A stretch of 64,000 nucleotides of DNA, taken from the NCBI RefSeq assembly GCF_003334385.1, contig NZ_QOWN01000022.1. One strand, given 5' to 3'. This stretch comes from Escherichia coli (GTDB lineage Bacteria > Pseudomonadota > Gammaproteobacteria > Enterobacterales > Enterobacteriaceae). This document shows, piece by piece, positions 50,938 to 61,212 of the stretch. The notes under the pieces were generated by a model. That model saw only the letters and a list, made by a program, of their open reading frames with translations, was not told where the DNA came from and made no database searches. Numbering within the stretch: the first letter of the stretch is position 1; each line of letters begins with the position of its first letter. The position numbers were made by a program, and so were the translations under genes.

Positions 50938-52247
50938 CAGATACCTCGCGTCCAGGGAAAATTGAGCGCGGTGCGCGCCAGCGTTTCGACGGCAATAGCG
51001 AGAACCTGCTCGTCAAAATCGAATTTTTCGTTGTGATGACCTGCCGCCAGCTGTGTGCCAAACACCACGTAGGAGGCTTGCCCTTGATGTTGCTGCACGC
51101 GGGCCATCATTAATGTGGCATCTTCGGAACCCGCAGGCGCTTCAACACGTTCAATGGCCTGATTGACCCCCGCGACCTGAGCCGCCTGACTTTGCAACCA
51201 TGCGACCCATTGCGGCGAAGGAGAACTGGCGGTAGCTGCACCCATCAGACGAGTTTCAACGCCGACACCATACATGGTTGCTGCGCCCTGAATCGCTTGT
51301 TGTGCACGGTCAAAAACATATTGATTAATGACGTCGCTGGCCCCGCGTGTTTCCACTTTCAGCAACGCCGAGGCAGGAACAACGTTACGACCGCTTCCTG
51401 CCTGCATAACGCCCACGTTTACTCTGGAAGCTCCTTCGCTGTGCGGGGCGATTGCATGCAGTGCAAGAGTGGCTTGTGCTGCCGCCAACAAGGCATTGTG
51501 ACCGTCTTCTGGTTTTGCGCCTGCGTGAGCGGCGGTACCGGTGAAGTGCGCGTCAAATTTGGTGGTTGCCATAAAATTATCACTGCCGCACACCACGGTG
51601 CCCGCAGGTACGCCAGTGCCAATGTGCACGGCAGTAAAATAATCAACATCATCTACGACACCTGCATCGACCATCGCCCGCGCGCCACGCGTACCTTCCT
51701 CTGCAGGCTGAAAAATCAGTTTGATGACGCCATGTAGTCCGGACTCGAACTGTTTAAGGGTATGCGCCAGCCCAAGCCCAATGGCGGTATGTCCATCATG
51801 ACCACAGGCATGCATCATTCCGGCGTTACATGACGCAAAACCGTCGCGGTAGGGGCGATGGCTGACATCCTGCTCTTCACTGAGATCCAGCGCGTCCATA
51901 TCGACACGGAAAGCCATCACCGGACCGGGGCGACCGGTATCCAGGGTGGCGACGATACCAGTGAAACCACCTTCAAAAGCCGCAATCCATTGTGCTAGCG
52001 CACCCTGTTGACGAGCGCGCTCGAATTCGCGTTGTAGAGTGAATTCATCAGGTAATCCCATCCGGCTACTTTCATTAACTACTTCGCGACCCAGCGCCAG
52101 TGAATAGCCGAGCTGGTGCAATTCTTCCGCAACAAGGGTGGCAGTGCGGAATTCCACCCAGCCAGACTCTGCATAGTGATGAAAATCACGTCGCCAGTGC
52201 GATAATTTTGGGGCAAGCGAATTAACAAATTGATTCAAAGACTCCAT
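50937..52247 (-). CDS. abgA: p-Aminobenzoyl-glutamate hydrolase subunit A (M20D amidohydrolase), 436 aa
   Basis: M20D motifs (MHACGHDGH, FQPAEEG). The start is at ATG 52245-52247 (MESLNQFVN). Its last nt is shared with the abgB start. Confidence 0.94.
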   Translation of the reverse strand: MESLNQFVNSLAPKLSHWRRDFHHYAESGWVEFRTATLVAEELHQLGYSLALGREVVNESSRMGLPDEFTLQREFERARQQGALAQWIAAFEGGFTGIVATLDTGRPGPVMAFRVDMDALDLSEEQDVSHRPYRDGFASCNAGMMHACGHDGHTAIGLGLAHTLKQFESGLHGVIKLIFQPAEEGTRGARAMVDAGVVDDVDYFTAVHIGTGVPAGTVVCGSDNFMATTKFDAHFTGTAAHAGAKPEDGHNALLAAAQATLALHAIAPHSEGASRVNVGVMQAGSGRNVVPASALLKVETRGASDVINQYVFDRAQQAIQGAATMYGVGVETRLMGAATASSPSPQWVAWLQSQAAQVAGVNQAIERVEAPAGSEDATLMMARVQQHQGQASYVVFGTQLAAGHHNEKFDFDEQVLAIAVETLARTALNFPWTRGI

Positions 52248-52422
52248 AACCTTTCCCGTCATCAGTAAAAAGTGTGACCCGGTTCACGTAGCGATAGTTT
52301 TTACTTATCACTAACTGATTTTTCACAGTTTTAACCGTTCATAAATTACCCTGACACAATCATCTGCATTAAAGTAGATGCCAGTTTCTTTGGTCTGATA
52401 AATAACGGTTATCGGTGGCGTC

Positions 52423-53331
52423 ATGGCTTTTCAGGTAAAAATTCATCAAATTCGGGCTTTTGTTGAAGTGGCTCGTCAGGGCAGCATTCGCGGAGCGAGC
52501 CGAATGTTGAATATGTCGCAACCGGCACTGAGTAAATCTATTCAGGAGCTAGAAGAAGGGTTAGCGGCGCAACTCTTTTTTCGCCGTAGTAAAGGCGTGA
52601 CGTTAACTGATGCCGGTGAAAGTTTTTATCAGCACGCCAGTCTAATTCTTGAAGAGCTGCGCGCAGCCCAAGAGGATATTCGCCAACGACAAGGGCAACT
52701 GGCAGGGCAGATTAATATCGGCATGGGGGCCAGTATTTCCCGCAGTCTGATGCCAGCTGTCATATCTCGTTTTCATCAGCAGCATCCGCAGGTAAAAGTA
52801 CGCATTATGGAAGGGCAACTGGTGTCGATGATTAATGAATTGCGTCAGGGAGAATTGGATTTCACCATCAATACCTATTATCAGGGACCGTACGACCACG
52901 AATTTACTTTTGAGAAATTACTGGAAAAGCAATTCGCGATCTTTTGCCGCCCGGGACACCCCGCCATTGGTGCCCGTTCGATCAAACAGTTACTGGATTA
53001 CAGCTGGACAATGCCGACGCCACACGGCAGCTACTACAAACAGTTGAGTGAATTGCTTGACGATCAGGCGCAAACGCCACAGGTCGGTGTAGTCTGCGAG
53101 ACGTTCTCAGCCTGTATCAGTCTGGTGGCAAAAAGCGATTTTCTCAGCATACTGCCTGAAGAAATGGGCTGCGATCCCTTGCACGGACAGGAGCTGGTGA
53201 TGTTGCCGGTTAGCGAAATTTTACCGAAAGCGGCCTATTATTTGATTCAGCGGCGTGATAGTCGCCAGACACCACTGACCGCGTCATTAATCACGCAATT
53301 CCGGCGAGAATGCGGCTATCTGCAAAGTTAA
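52423..53331 (+). CDS. abgR: LysR-family regulator AbgR, 302 aa
   Basis: wHTH FVEVARQGSIRGASRMLNMSQPALSKSIQELE. It is divergent from abgABT. Confidence 0.94.
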   Translation: MAFQVKIHQIRAFVEVARQGSIRGASRMLNMSQPALSKSIQELEEGLAAQLFFRRSKGVTLTDAGESFYQHASLILEELRAAQEDIRQRQGQLAGQINIGMGASISRSLMPAVISRFHQQHPQVKVRIMEGQLVSMINELRQGELDFTINTYYQGPYDHEFTFEKLLEKQFAIFCRPGHPAIGARSIKQLLDYSWTMPTPHGSYYKQLSELLDDQAQTPQVGVVCETFSACISLVAKSDFLSILPEEMGCDPLHGQELVMLPVSEILPKAAYYLIQRRDSRQTPLTASLITQFRRECGYLQS

Positions 53332-53337
53332 AACTGC

Positions 53338-53433
53338 ATAAAAAAATAGAGTCTGTCGACATCCGCCAGACTCTACAGTACACACAGCAGTGCATCCGCG
53401 TCTTAAATCCGGCATTGTCTCCTCTGCGCCGGT
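53338..53433 (-). ncRNA. mcaS: sRNA McaS (IsrA), about 96 nt
   Basis: The minus strand reads accggcgcagaggagacaatgccggatttaagacgcggatgcactgctgtgtgtactgtagagtctggcggatgtcgacagactctattttttt, which matches my recollection of McaS. It has a terminal hairpin agagtctg..cagactct plus U7 and GGA motifs. It lies between abgR and smrA as in K-12. Confidence 0.85.
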
Positions 53434-53660
53434 GACTGTGTTATAACGGTTTTAACCTTTAGTTGCCAATTTTCTTCAGTGACAGATTTCACGAAAATAT
53501 AAGTTACATTATTAATATCGTGAATGAATAATCATGCATAAGTATTTTGCTTAAAATATCGGCAATATTTGGAACTTATTACTGGAAATTTGGGTAATAC
53601 GTTGTTGGACCGACCCGGTCTGGTTATCATATCGCGCTCTTAATTGCGGGAGGATGTAAC

Positions 53661-54224
53661 ATGAACCTTGACGACAAATCGCTGTTTCTTGACGCCATGG
53701 AAGATGTCCAGCCGCTGAAACGTGCTACCGATGTCCACTGGCATCCAACGCGTAACCAACGTGCGCCGCAGCGTATCGACACGCTGCAGCTTGATAATTT
53801 CCTCACCACCGGATTTCTCGACATCATCCCACTAAGTCAGCCGCTGGAGTTTCGGCGGGAAGGGTTGCAACATGGGGTGCTGGATAAGCTGCGCAGTGGT
53901 AAATATCCGCAACAGGCGAGCCTGAATCTTTTGCGCCAGCCGGTGGAAGAGTGCCGCAAAATGGTGTTCAGTTTTATTCAACAAGCCCTGGCGGATGGTT
54001 TGCGTAACGTGCTGATTATTCATGGTAAAGGGCGGGATGATAAATCGCATGCCAATATTGTCCGCAGCTATGTGGCGCGCTGGCTGACCGAATTTGATGA
54101 TGTTCAGGCATATTGCACCGCGCTACCGCATCATGGCGGCAGCGGGGCGTGTTACGTCGCACTACGTAAAACGGCGCAGGCGAAGCAAGAAAACTGGGAG
54201 CGCCACGCTAAGCGCAGTCGTTGA
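53661..54224 (+). CDS. smrA: Smr-domain DNA endonuclease SmrA (YdaL), 187 aa
   Basis: C-terminal Smr domain with LIIHGKG. Confidence 0.92.
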   Translation: MNLDDKSLFLDAMEDVQPLKRATDVHWHPTRNQRAPQRIDTLQLDNFLTTGFLDIIPLSQPLEFRREGLQHGVLDKLRSGKYPQQASLNLLRQPVEECRKMVFSFIQQALADGLRNVLIIHGKGRDDKSHANIVRSYVARWLTEFDDVQAYCTALPHHGGSGACYVALRKTAQAKQENWERHAKRSR

Positions 54225-54244
54225 TCTCGAGACGCATCCGCGGC

Positions 54245-55477
54245 TTATGCCGCCAGCACGCGGTTGCGTCCATCATTTTTCGCCCGATACAAAGCATCAT
54301 CAACGCGTTTAAACAGTTCATCGATGCTTTCATTTCCTTCGTGATGCGCCACACCAATGCTGACGGTAAAGCGTGGTAAGCCCGAAATACTCACTTTTGC
54401 CACGCTTACGCGGATAGTTTCAGCCAGCGAAAGCGCGGTATCCAGTGGGGTTCTTGGTAGCAATAAGACAAACTCTTCGCCTCCCCAACGAAACACCAAA
54501 TCGCCTTTGCGAGCGCAACTTTCGAGGGTGCGGGCGAGGGCGCATAACACCTCATCACCTTTAGAATGCCCATAGAGATCGTTAATGTGTTTAAAACGAT
54601 CGGTGTCGATGAGCAACAAGCTGTAATCCTGAGCGATGGCGAGATGCTGCATTTGGCCTGGTTCCGTAATGTGATAAAACTGTCGCCGATTCAGTAATCC
54701 GGTCATCGCGTCATGGTGAGCAGCATGTTCCAGCTGCTCCTCCAGCCGTTTTTGCTCAGTAATATCATGCACAATACATAACATGAGCTTGTCGCCATAA
54801 ATTTCAATCGGTCCGGCATAGGTCTGCACATGACGAGTCGAACCATCCGCCAGTTTATGAACAAAATTCAAAGGTTTATGACCACCGGGTAAATGCGAGA
54901 TTTCATGCATGATAGGCATGACGCGACGCCCGAGCATATTTATTTCCCAGGTATGTTTCTGGCACATCGTTTCATGGTTATAACCATAGAAATTGAGCGC
55001 GGCGAGGTTAGCATCGACGATTTGTCCATCTCGTGACGGGTCAATCAACAACATTGGTGCAGAGTTAGTCAGAAAAAAGCGCGCATAAAAACCTTGTTTT
55101 TTGCGCTGATAATTTGCCGAGCGACTGGCTTTTAAACCCAGCGTTGCCGGCGCTTCGATACCTTCGAAAATAATCACCGGTTCTGTTTCTGTCAGCTTTC
55201 GCAAAACAAGCCGACAGCTCAATGCTGTTTCCTCTTCTTTACGCTGAACAGTGAGGATTTCGATAATATCGTGTTGGTTTTGCAGATCGGAGAGGTATTT
55301 CGGCAGTTCTTTTTGTGAGGAGACGGAATAGGGTCCGGTTCGTAGCTGACTAAACGTGAGGTCTTGCATCAACAGTTTCGCCGCGCTATTGGCATAAATT
55401 AACTGTTCCTCAAAGGGCGAAACGATCCAGACAGGACTGGTGAGTAAGTCCAGGGTATTGAAGTTGTGCGTAATCAT
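54245..55477 (-). CDS. dgcM: Diguanylate cyclase DgcM (YdaM): two PAS domains plus GGDEF, 410 aa
   Basis: Active-site GGEEF (RWGGEEFVLLL) preceded by PAS-like regions. The start is at ATG 55475-55477 (MITHNFNTLD). Confidence 0.94.
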   Translation of the reverse strand: MITHNFNTLDLLTSPVWIVSPFEEQLIYANSAAKLLMQDLTFSQLRTGPYSVSSQKELPKYLSDLQNQHDIIEILTVQRKEEETALSCRLVLRKLTETEPVIIFEGIEAPATLGLKASRSANYQRKKQGFYARFFLTNSAPMLLIDPSRDGQIVDANLAALNFYGYNHETMCQKHTWEINMLGRRVMPIMHEISHLPGGHKPLNFVHKLADGSTRHVQTYAGPIEIYGDKLMLCIVHDITEQKRLEEQLEHAAHHDAMTGLLNRRQFYHITEPGQMQHLAIAQDYSLLLIDTDRFKHINDLYGHSKGDEVLCALARTLESCARKGDLVFRWGGEEFVLLLPRTPLDTALSLAETIRVSVAKVSISGLPRFTVSIGVAHHEGNESIDELFKRVDDALYRAKNDGRNRVLAA

Positions 55478-55710
55478 TGAGATCCCGTTATTTTTATCAA
55501 TTTTTGTTGCTATCCGATCGCAAAAAAGCCACGTCATATGATCAGATAATTCTGATAATGATAGACGCTATTTAACACTTCACACGGTTTGTATACGGAA
55601 AAGCATTTTGCTTTTTGTATTCAATTTAGACAGAATTTTATTAATCATTTCAGGGTAATGGGGTGATGAGATGTTGCGTAACAGGGCCAGAAGGCTAGAC
55701 TACAAAATAA

Positions 55711-56715
<1,005 letters not shown>

Positions 56716-56761
56716 CAAAAGCAATTTTTCCGGCTGTCTGTATACAAAAACGCCGCAAAGT

Positions 56762-56775
56762 TTGAGCGAAGTCAA
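56762..56775. promoter_or_regulatory. FNR box of the fnrS promoter (class II position)
   Basis: TTGAGcgaaGTCAA compares with TTGAT-N4-ATCAA. It is centred about 42 nt upstream of the FnrS 5' end at 56811. Confidence 0.75.
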
Positions 56776-56810
56776 TAAACTCTCTACCCATTCAGGGCAA
56801 TATCTCTCTT

Positions 56811-56932
56811 GCAGGTGAATGCAACGTCAAGCGATGGGCGTTGCGCTCCATATTGTCTTACTTCCTTTTTTGAATTACTGCATAGCACAATTGATTCGTA
56901 CGACGCCGACTTTGATGAGTCGGCTTTTTTTT
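56811..56932 (+). ncRNA. fnrS: FNR-activated sRNA FnrS, about 122 nt
   Basis: gcaggtgaatgcaacgtcaagcgatgggcgttgcgctccatattgtcttacttcc... matches my recollection of FnrS. It ends in the terminator gccgactttgatgagtcggc plus T8 and lies in the zntB-dbpA gap as in K-12. Confidence 0.88.
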
Positions 56933-56989
56933 GCCTGTTATTTATCAGCGTCTACCCTTTAAGAGTCCACCCAATGACCAGAGGGAAAT

Positions 56990-57163
56990 ATGACGACACT
57001 TATTTATTTGCAAATTCCTGTCCCTGAACCGATTCCTGGCGATCCTGTTCCAGTGCCCGATCCGATCCCTCGCCCGCAACCCATGCCTGACCCACCACCC
57101 GATGAAGAACCGATTAAATTGTCGCATCGTGAGCGTAGATCTGCGAGGATACGCGCCTGCTAA
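56990..57163 (+). CDS. Unannotated-size (57-codon) proline-rich small ORF between FnrS and dbpA
   Basis: ATG at 56990 preceded by gaggg (56981-56985). Translation: MTTLIYLQIPVPEPIPGDPVPVPDPIPRPQPMPDPPPDEEPIKLSHRERRSARIRAC. It has 16 Pro in residues 10-41 in an alternating X-P pattern and stops 29 nt before the dbpA GTG. It may correspond to a small gene (ynaL?) in recent K-12 annotations, which I cannot verify. Confidence 0.45.
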   Translation: MTTLIYLQIPVPEPIPGDPVPVPDPIPRPQPMPDPPPDEEPIKLSHRERRSARIRAC

Positions 57164-57192
57164 CTTTGCGTCGATGACCACGAGAATAGATT

Positions 57193-58566
57193 GTGACCGC
57201 TTTTTCTACCCTGAATGTTTTGCCTCCCGCCCAACTCACGAACCTTAATGAGTTGGGTTATTTAACCATGACGCCGGTGCAGGCCGCCGCGCTTCCGGCG
57301 ATCCTTGCCGGAAAAGATGTTCGCGTGCAGGCGAAAACCGGCAGCGGCAAAACGGCGGCTTTTGGCCTCGGCTTGTTACAGCAAATTGATGCGTCGCTAT
57401 TTCAAACCCAGGCTTTAGTGCTGTGTCCTACGCGTGAACTGGCGGATCAGGTGGCAGGTGAATTGCGTCGGCTGGCGCGTTTTCTGCCAAATACCAAAAT
57501 TTTGACGTTGTGCGGTGGTCAACCGTTCGGTATGCAGCGTGATTCGTTGCAACATGCGCCGCATATTATCGTGGCAACGCCGGGGCGTTTGCTGGATCAC
57601 CTGCAAAAAGGCACGGTATCACTGGATGCGTTGAATACGCTGGTGATGGATGAGGCCGACCGCATGCTGGATATGGGATTTAGCGATGCCATTGATGATG
57701 TCATCCGTTTTGCGCCTGCATCTCGACAGACGCTTCTGTTTTCGGCAACCTGGCCGGAAGCCATCGCTGCAATCAGCGGACGAGTGCAACGCGATCCTTT
57801 GGCGATTGAAATTGACTCAACAGATGCTTTGCCACCCATTGAACAACAATTTTATGAGACATCCAGCAAAGGCAAAATTCCTCTGTTGCAACGGTTATTA
57901 AGCTTGCATCAGCCATCCTCTTGCGTGGTGTTTTGCAATACCAAAAAAGATTGCCAGGCTGTCTGCGACGCGCTGAATGAAGTAGGGCAAAGTGCATTGT
58001 CATTACACGGCGATTTGGAGCAACGCGATCGCGATCAGACCCTGGTACGTTTTGCTAACGGTAGCGCCCGTGTACTGGTCGCGACTGATGTTGCTGCGCG
58101 TGGTCTGGATATTAAATCGCTTGAGCTGGTGGTGAACTTTGAGCTGGCGTGGGACCCTGAAGTTCATGTACATCGCATCGGTCGTACAGCTCGTGCAGGA
58201 AATAGCGGTCTGGCGATCAGTTTCTGTGCTCCGGAAGAAGCACAGCGGGCCAATATCATTTCTGACATGTTGCAGATAAAACTTAACTGGCAAACGCCGC
58301 CAGCTAATAGTTCCATTGCGACGCTGGAAGCAGAAATGGCAACGTTGTGTATCGATGGCGGGAAAAAAGCCAAAATGCGCCCGGGTGATGTATTAGGTGC
58401 ACTGACAGGAGATATCGGGCTTGATGGCGCAGATATTGGCAAAATCGCCGTGCATCCGGCGCATGTCTATGTCGCGGTCCGTCAGGCTGTTGCTCATAAA
58501 GCATGGAAACAGTTACAGGGCGGGAAGATTAAAGGAAAAACGTGCCGGGTGCGGTTATTAAAATAA
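57193..58566 (+). CDS. dbpA: DEAD-box RNA helicase DbpA (23S rRNA hairpin-92 specific), 457 aa (GTG start)
   Basis: Motifs AKTGSGKT, PTRELA, VMDEAD, SAT and HRIGRTAR, with a C-terminal RNA-binding domain. Confidence 0.96.
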   Translation: MTAFSTLNVLPPAQLTNLNELGYLTMTPVQAAALPAILAGKDVRVQAKTGSGKTAAFGLGLLQQIDASLFQTQALVLCPTRELADQVAGELRRLARFLPNTKILTLCGGQPFGMQRDSLQHAPHIIVATPGRLLDHLQKGTVSLDALNTLVMDEADRMLDMGFSDAIDDVIRFAPASRQTLLFSATWPEAIAAISGRVQRDPLAIEIDSTDALPPIEQQFYETSSKGKIPLLQRLLSLHQPSSCVVFCNTKKDCQAVCDALNEVGQSALSLHGDLEQRDRDQTLVRFANGSARVLVATDVAARGLDIKSLELVVNFELAWDPEVHVHRIGRTARAGNSGLAISFCAPEEAQRANIISDMLQIKLNWQTPPANSSIATLEAEMATLCIDGGKKAKMRPGDVLGALTGDIGLDGADIGKIAVHPAHVYVAVRQAVAHKAWKQLQGGKIKGKTCRVRLLK

Positions 58567-58612
58567 TGAAATGTTGAATTGCCGGGTGCAAGAGTAAACA
58601 TCTTATTCGGGA

Positions 58613-58685
58613 TTGCCGGATGCGACGCTGGCCGCGTCTTATCCGGCCTCCATAAGAGTAGCCCGATACGCTTGCGCATCGGGCG
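58613..58685. repeat. Two REP-type units between the convergent genes dbpA and ttcA
   Basis: ttgccggatgcgacgctggccgcgtcttatccggcctcc and gcccgatacgcttgcgcatcgggc (7-bp stem). Confidence 0.7.
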
Positions 58686-58694
58686 CTATCCTGG

Positions 58695-59630
58695 TTATTT
58701 CACTTCAACCACATTCAGCCGTAACTCATCCAACTGATTTTCATCTTCTTCTGGCTGCCAGCACGCCGGTTGTAGTGGGATCTCTTCGCGATCAAACGCC
58801 AGATCACCCCCGTTAACCACTTCAGAACCGTGGGTGATGCCTTTGAAATCGAACAGGTTGGTATCGCACAGATGCGACGGCACCACATTCTGCATCGCGC
58901 TGAACATCGTCTCGATACGCCCTGGATAACGTTTATCCCAGTCACGCAACATGTCAGCAATCACCTGACGTTGCAGGTTAGGCTGTGAACCGCACAGGTT
59001 GCACGGAATAATCGGGAACGCTTTTGCATCGGCAAATCGCTGAATATCTTTCTCGCGGCAGTAGGCCAGCGGACGAATAACGATATGTTTGCCATCATCG
59101 CTCATCAGTTTCGGAGGCATACCTTTCATCTTACCGCCGTAGAACATATTTAAGAACAACGTTTGCAGGATATCGTCACGATGGTGACCCAACGCGATCT
59201 TCGTCGCCCCCAGTTCCGTTGCGGTACGATAAAGGATACCGCGACGAAGGCGAGAACACAGTGAGCAAGTGGTTTTGCCCTCTGGAATCTTCTCTTTCAC
59301 GATACCGTAAGTATTCTCTTCAACAATCTTGTACTCAACGCCCAGCTTTTCAAGATACTCGGGCAGAACGTGTTCCGGGAAGCCCGGTTGCTTTTGATCG
59401 AGGTTAACAGCCACCAGCGAAAAATTGATTGGCGCGCTTTGCTGCAAATTGCGCAGAATCTCCAGCATGGTATAGCTGTCTTTACCCCCGGAGAGGCAAA
59501 CCATGATGCGATCGCCTTCTTCAATCATATTGAAGTCAGCAATGGCTTCGCCCACGTTACGACGCAGACGTTTTTGTAATTTGTTCAGGTTGTATTGTTC
59601 TTTCTTTGTAATTTGTTGATTTTCTTGCAT
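58695..59630 (-). CDS. ttcA: tRNA 2-thiocytidine(32) synthetase TtcA (PP-loop ATPase), 311 aa; its 5' end crosses the Rac attL
   Basis: PP-loop SGGKDS ([10 protein letters not shown]), with Cys motifs CSLCSR and CNLCG. Confidence 0.95.
59581..59606. mobile_element. Rac prophage attL core (ttgttcaggttgtattgttctttctt)
   Basis: The sequence equals the 26-bp Rac att core as I remember it from the Rac excision literature. It lies in ttcA codons 9-17, 76 nt from the integrase gene stop codon. The attR copy is outside the window, so the duplication cannot be confirmed here. Confidence 0.6.
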
Positions 59631-59681
59631 TATTTCAGTTCTCTGGTACTAAATGGGGCAAATTGGGGGCAAACTTTGCAA

Positions 59682-60917
59682 CTACGATAACCGCGCATTC
59701 AACATGGCTATCTGTTCGTCGTTCATGTCATCAATCCACATACCGTAAATTTCATACACCATCTGCGCAGTTTCATGCCCCATTTGGCTGGCTATAAATG
59801 CCGGGTTCGCTCCTGCCGTCAACAGCCAGCAGGCAAAAGTATGCCGCGTATGGTACGGATTACGGCGGCGAATACCAGCACGTTTTACTGCTGCATTCCA
59901 CCTTGCCCCCAAACTGCTTACCGAGTAATAAGGTTTTTGTTTTCCGTTACACACCCTGGGCATGAAAACAAAATGCAGTTTTTGCTTTTCGGTTCTGCCG
60001 TACTCCCGATGATAAAAGGTGATTTCGCTTTTGCGATGATGCCCGGTCAGTTTGTATTGCTCCTTCAGTGCTTCAAGAGCAGGCTGCAGTAGTGTTACTG
60101 TTCGGATCCCGGCATTTGTTTTTGGGGGACCGAACATATCAAGTATCGTCAGGTTTCTTCTGACATTCACTATTCCCTTTTCGAGATCCACATCCTCCCA
60201 CGCCAGAGCTGCCAGTTCCCCGTGACGAAGTCCTGAGTAAACGGCAAATTTCCACAAGTTCTGGCTCTGTCCTTTTTCACTTTCCATTAATGCATTGAAT
60301 TCTGTTTTAGATAACGGATCAGGCTTTATTCTGTTTCGCTGTAATTTTTTTACTCCTTCAAATGGTTTGGTTGATATAAATCCCGACTGATACGCAAAAC
60401 GCAACAGCGAACAGAGCAGGGCGATATAGTTATCAACTGTGCGCACGGTTCTTCCTTTTTTGTTGGATCTTGGATTATCCAGGTAAAGCGTTTCTCCATG
60501 CAGCAGTTCATTCCGGTAGTTTAAGATATCGCTATAACGAATATGTGATATCGGGGTACTTTCACAAATTATTATTCTGAGTGTTTTTAATTGTGATTTC
60601 GTTTTCTTCATTGTGTTTGTTGTTAACTCTGTCTCTTTAATTTTTGTCCAGATATCACAAAGCTCTCCGAACGTTTTTATGACTCTCGTTGTCACCATTT
60701 TTGCCCCAGTGCTGGACTGGGGAAAACGTCTTAAATACTCAAATTCACCGGAGTTTATTTCATGAACTATCAGCGCTCTTAAATTTCCGGCCTTTTTAAT
60801 ATTACTGTTTGTAATCTCCCAGCCTTTTAATGTTTCCCGACATCGTTTTCCTCGAAACATGAACCAGATGCGAATGTATCTACCTCTAATCTCGACACCT
60901 GTTGGTAATTTAGACAT
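59682..60917 (-). CDS. intR: Rac prophage tyrosine integrase IntR, 411 aa
   Basis: Tyrosine-recombinase catalytic residues in context: RHGELAAL, HTRHTFACW, GHETAQMVYEIYG. Confidence 0.95.
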   Translation of the reverse strand: MSKLPTGVEIRGRYIRIWFMFRGKRCRETLKGWEITNSNIKKAGNLRALIVHEINSGEFEYLRRFPQSSTGAKMVTTRVIKTFGELCDIWTKIKETELTTNTMKKTKSQLKTLRIIICESTPISHIRYSDILNYRNELLHGETLYLDNPRSNKKGRTVRTVDNYIALLCSLLRFAYQSGFISTKPFEGVKKLQRNRIKPDPLSKTEFNALMESEKGQSQNLWKFAVYSGLRHGELAALAWEDVDLEKGIVNVRRNLTILDMFGPPKTNAGIRTVTLLQPALEALKEQYKLTGHHRKSEITFYHREYGRTEKQKLHFVFMPRVCNGKQKPYYSVSSLGARWNAAVKRAGIRRRNPYHTRHTFACWLLTAGANPAFIASQMGHETAQMVYEIYGMWIDDMNDEQIAMLNARLS

Positions 60918-60918
60918 A

Positions 60919-61134
60919 TCATGAGTCTTTGATAAACTGATTTATCTTTGGATAGTTGTACCAGATAATCCCTCGTTTGCTGTCTGGCTTACCTAAAGGA
61001 GATACTCGTTTGAAGTGGAAGCCCTCCACCCAACAGTTCTGGCGGTATGCTTCAATTTGTCTGGCCCCCAGACCAGTGCGAAGCATCAGGCCGTATTCAA
61101 CCATCCACTCTTCATTAAAGATTACTTGTGCCAT
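60919..61134 (-). CDS. xisR: Rac prophage excisionase XisR (YdaQ), 71 aa
   Basis: Small ORF ending 1 nt before the intR start, [17 protein letters not shown]... The track ORF has 8 extra upstream codons. Confidence 0.85.
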   Translation of the reverse strand: MAQVIFNEEWMVEYGLMLRTGLGARQIEAYRQNCWVEGFHFKRVSPLGKPDSKRGIIWYNYPKINQFIKDS

Positions 61135-61212
61135 CGCATCACCTCTGGCAGGCGCCAATGTTAGACTGAAATTGACGCCCGATGTTGATTATTAATAATC
61201 AGCTATGAAGTT

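Noticed and set aside
52402-52412. 11-bp palindrome ataacggttat just before the abgR ATG, with taaccgtt at 52332-52339
   Set aside because: It is short and sits where the abgR RBS should be. Two 8-9-nt matches 70 bp apart are within chance expectation, so it is noted but not called as an AbgR site.
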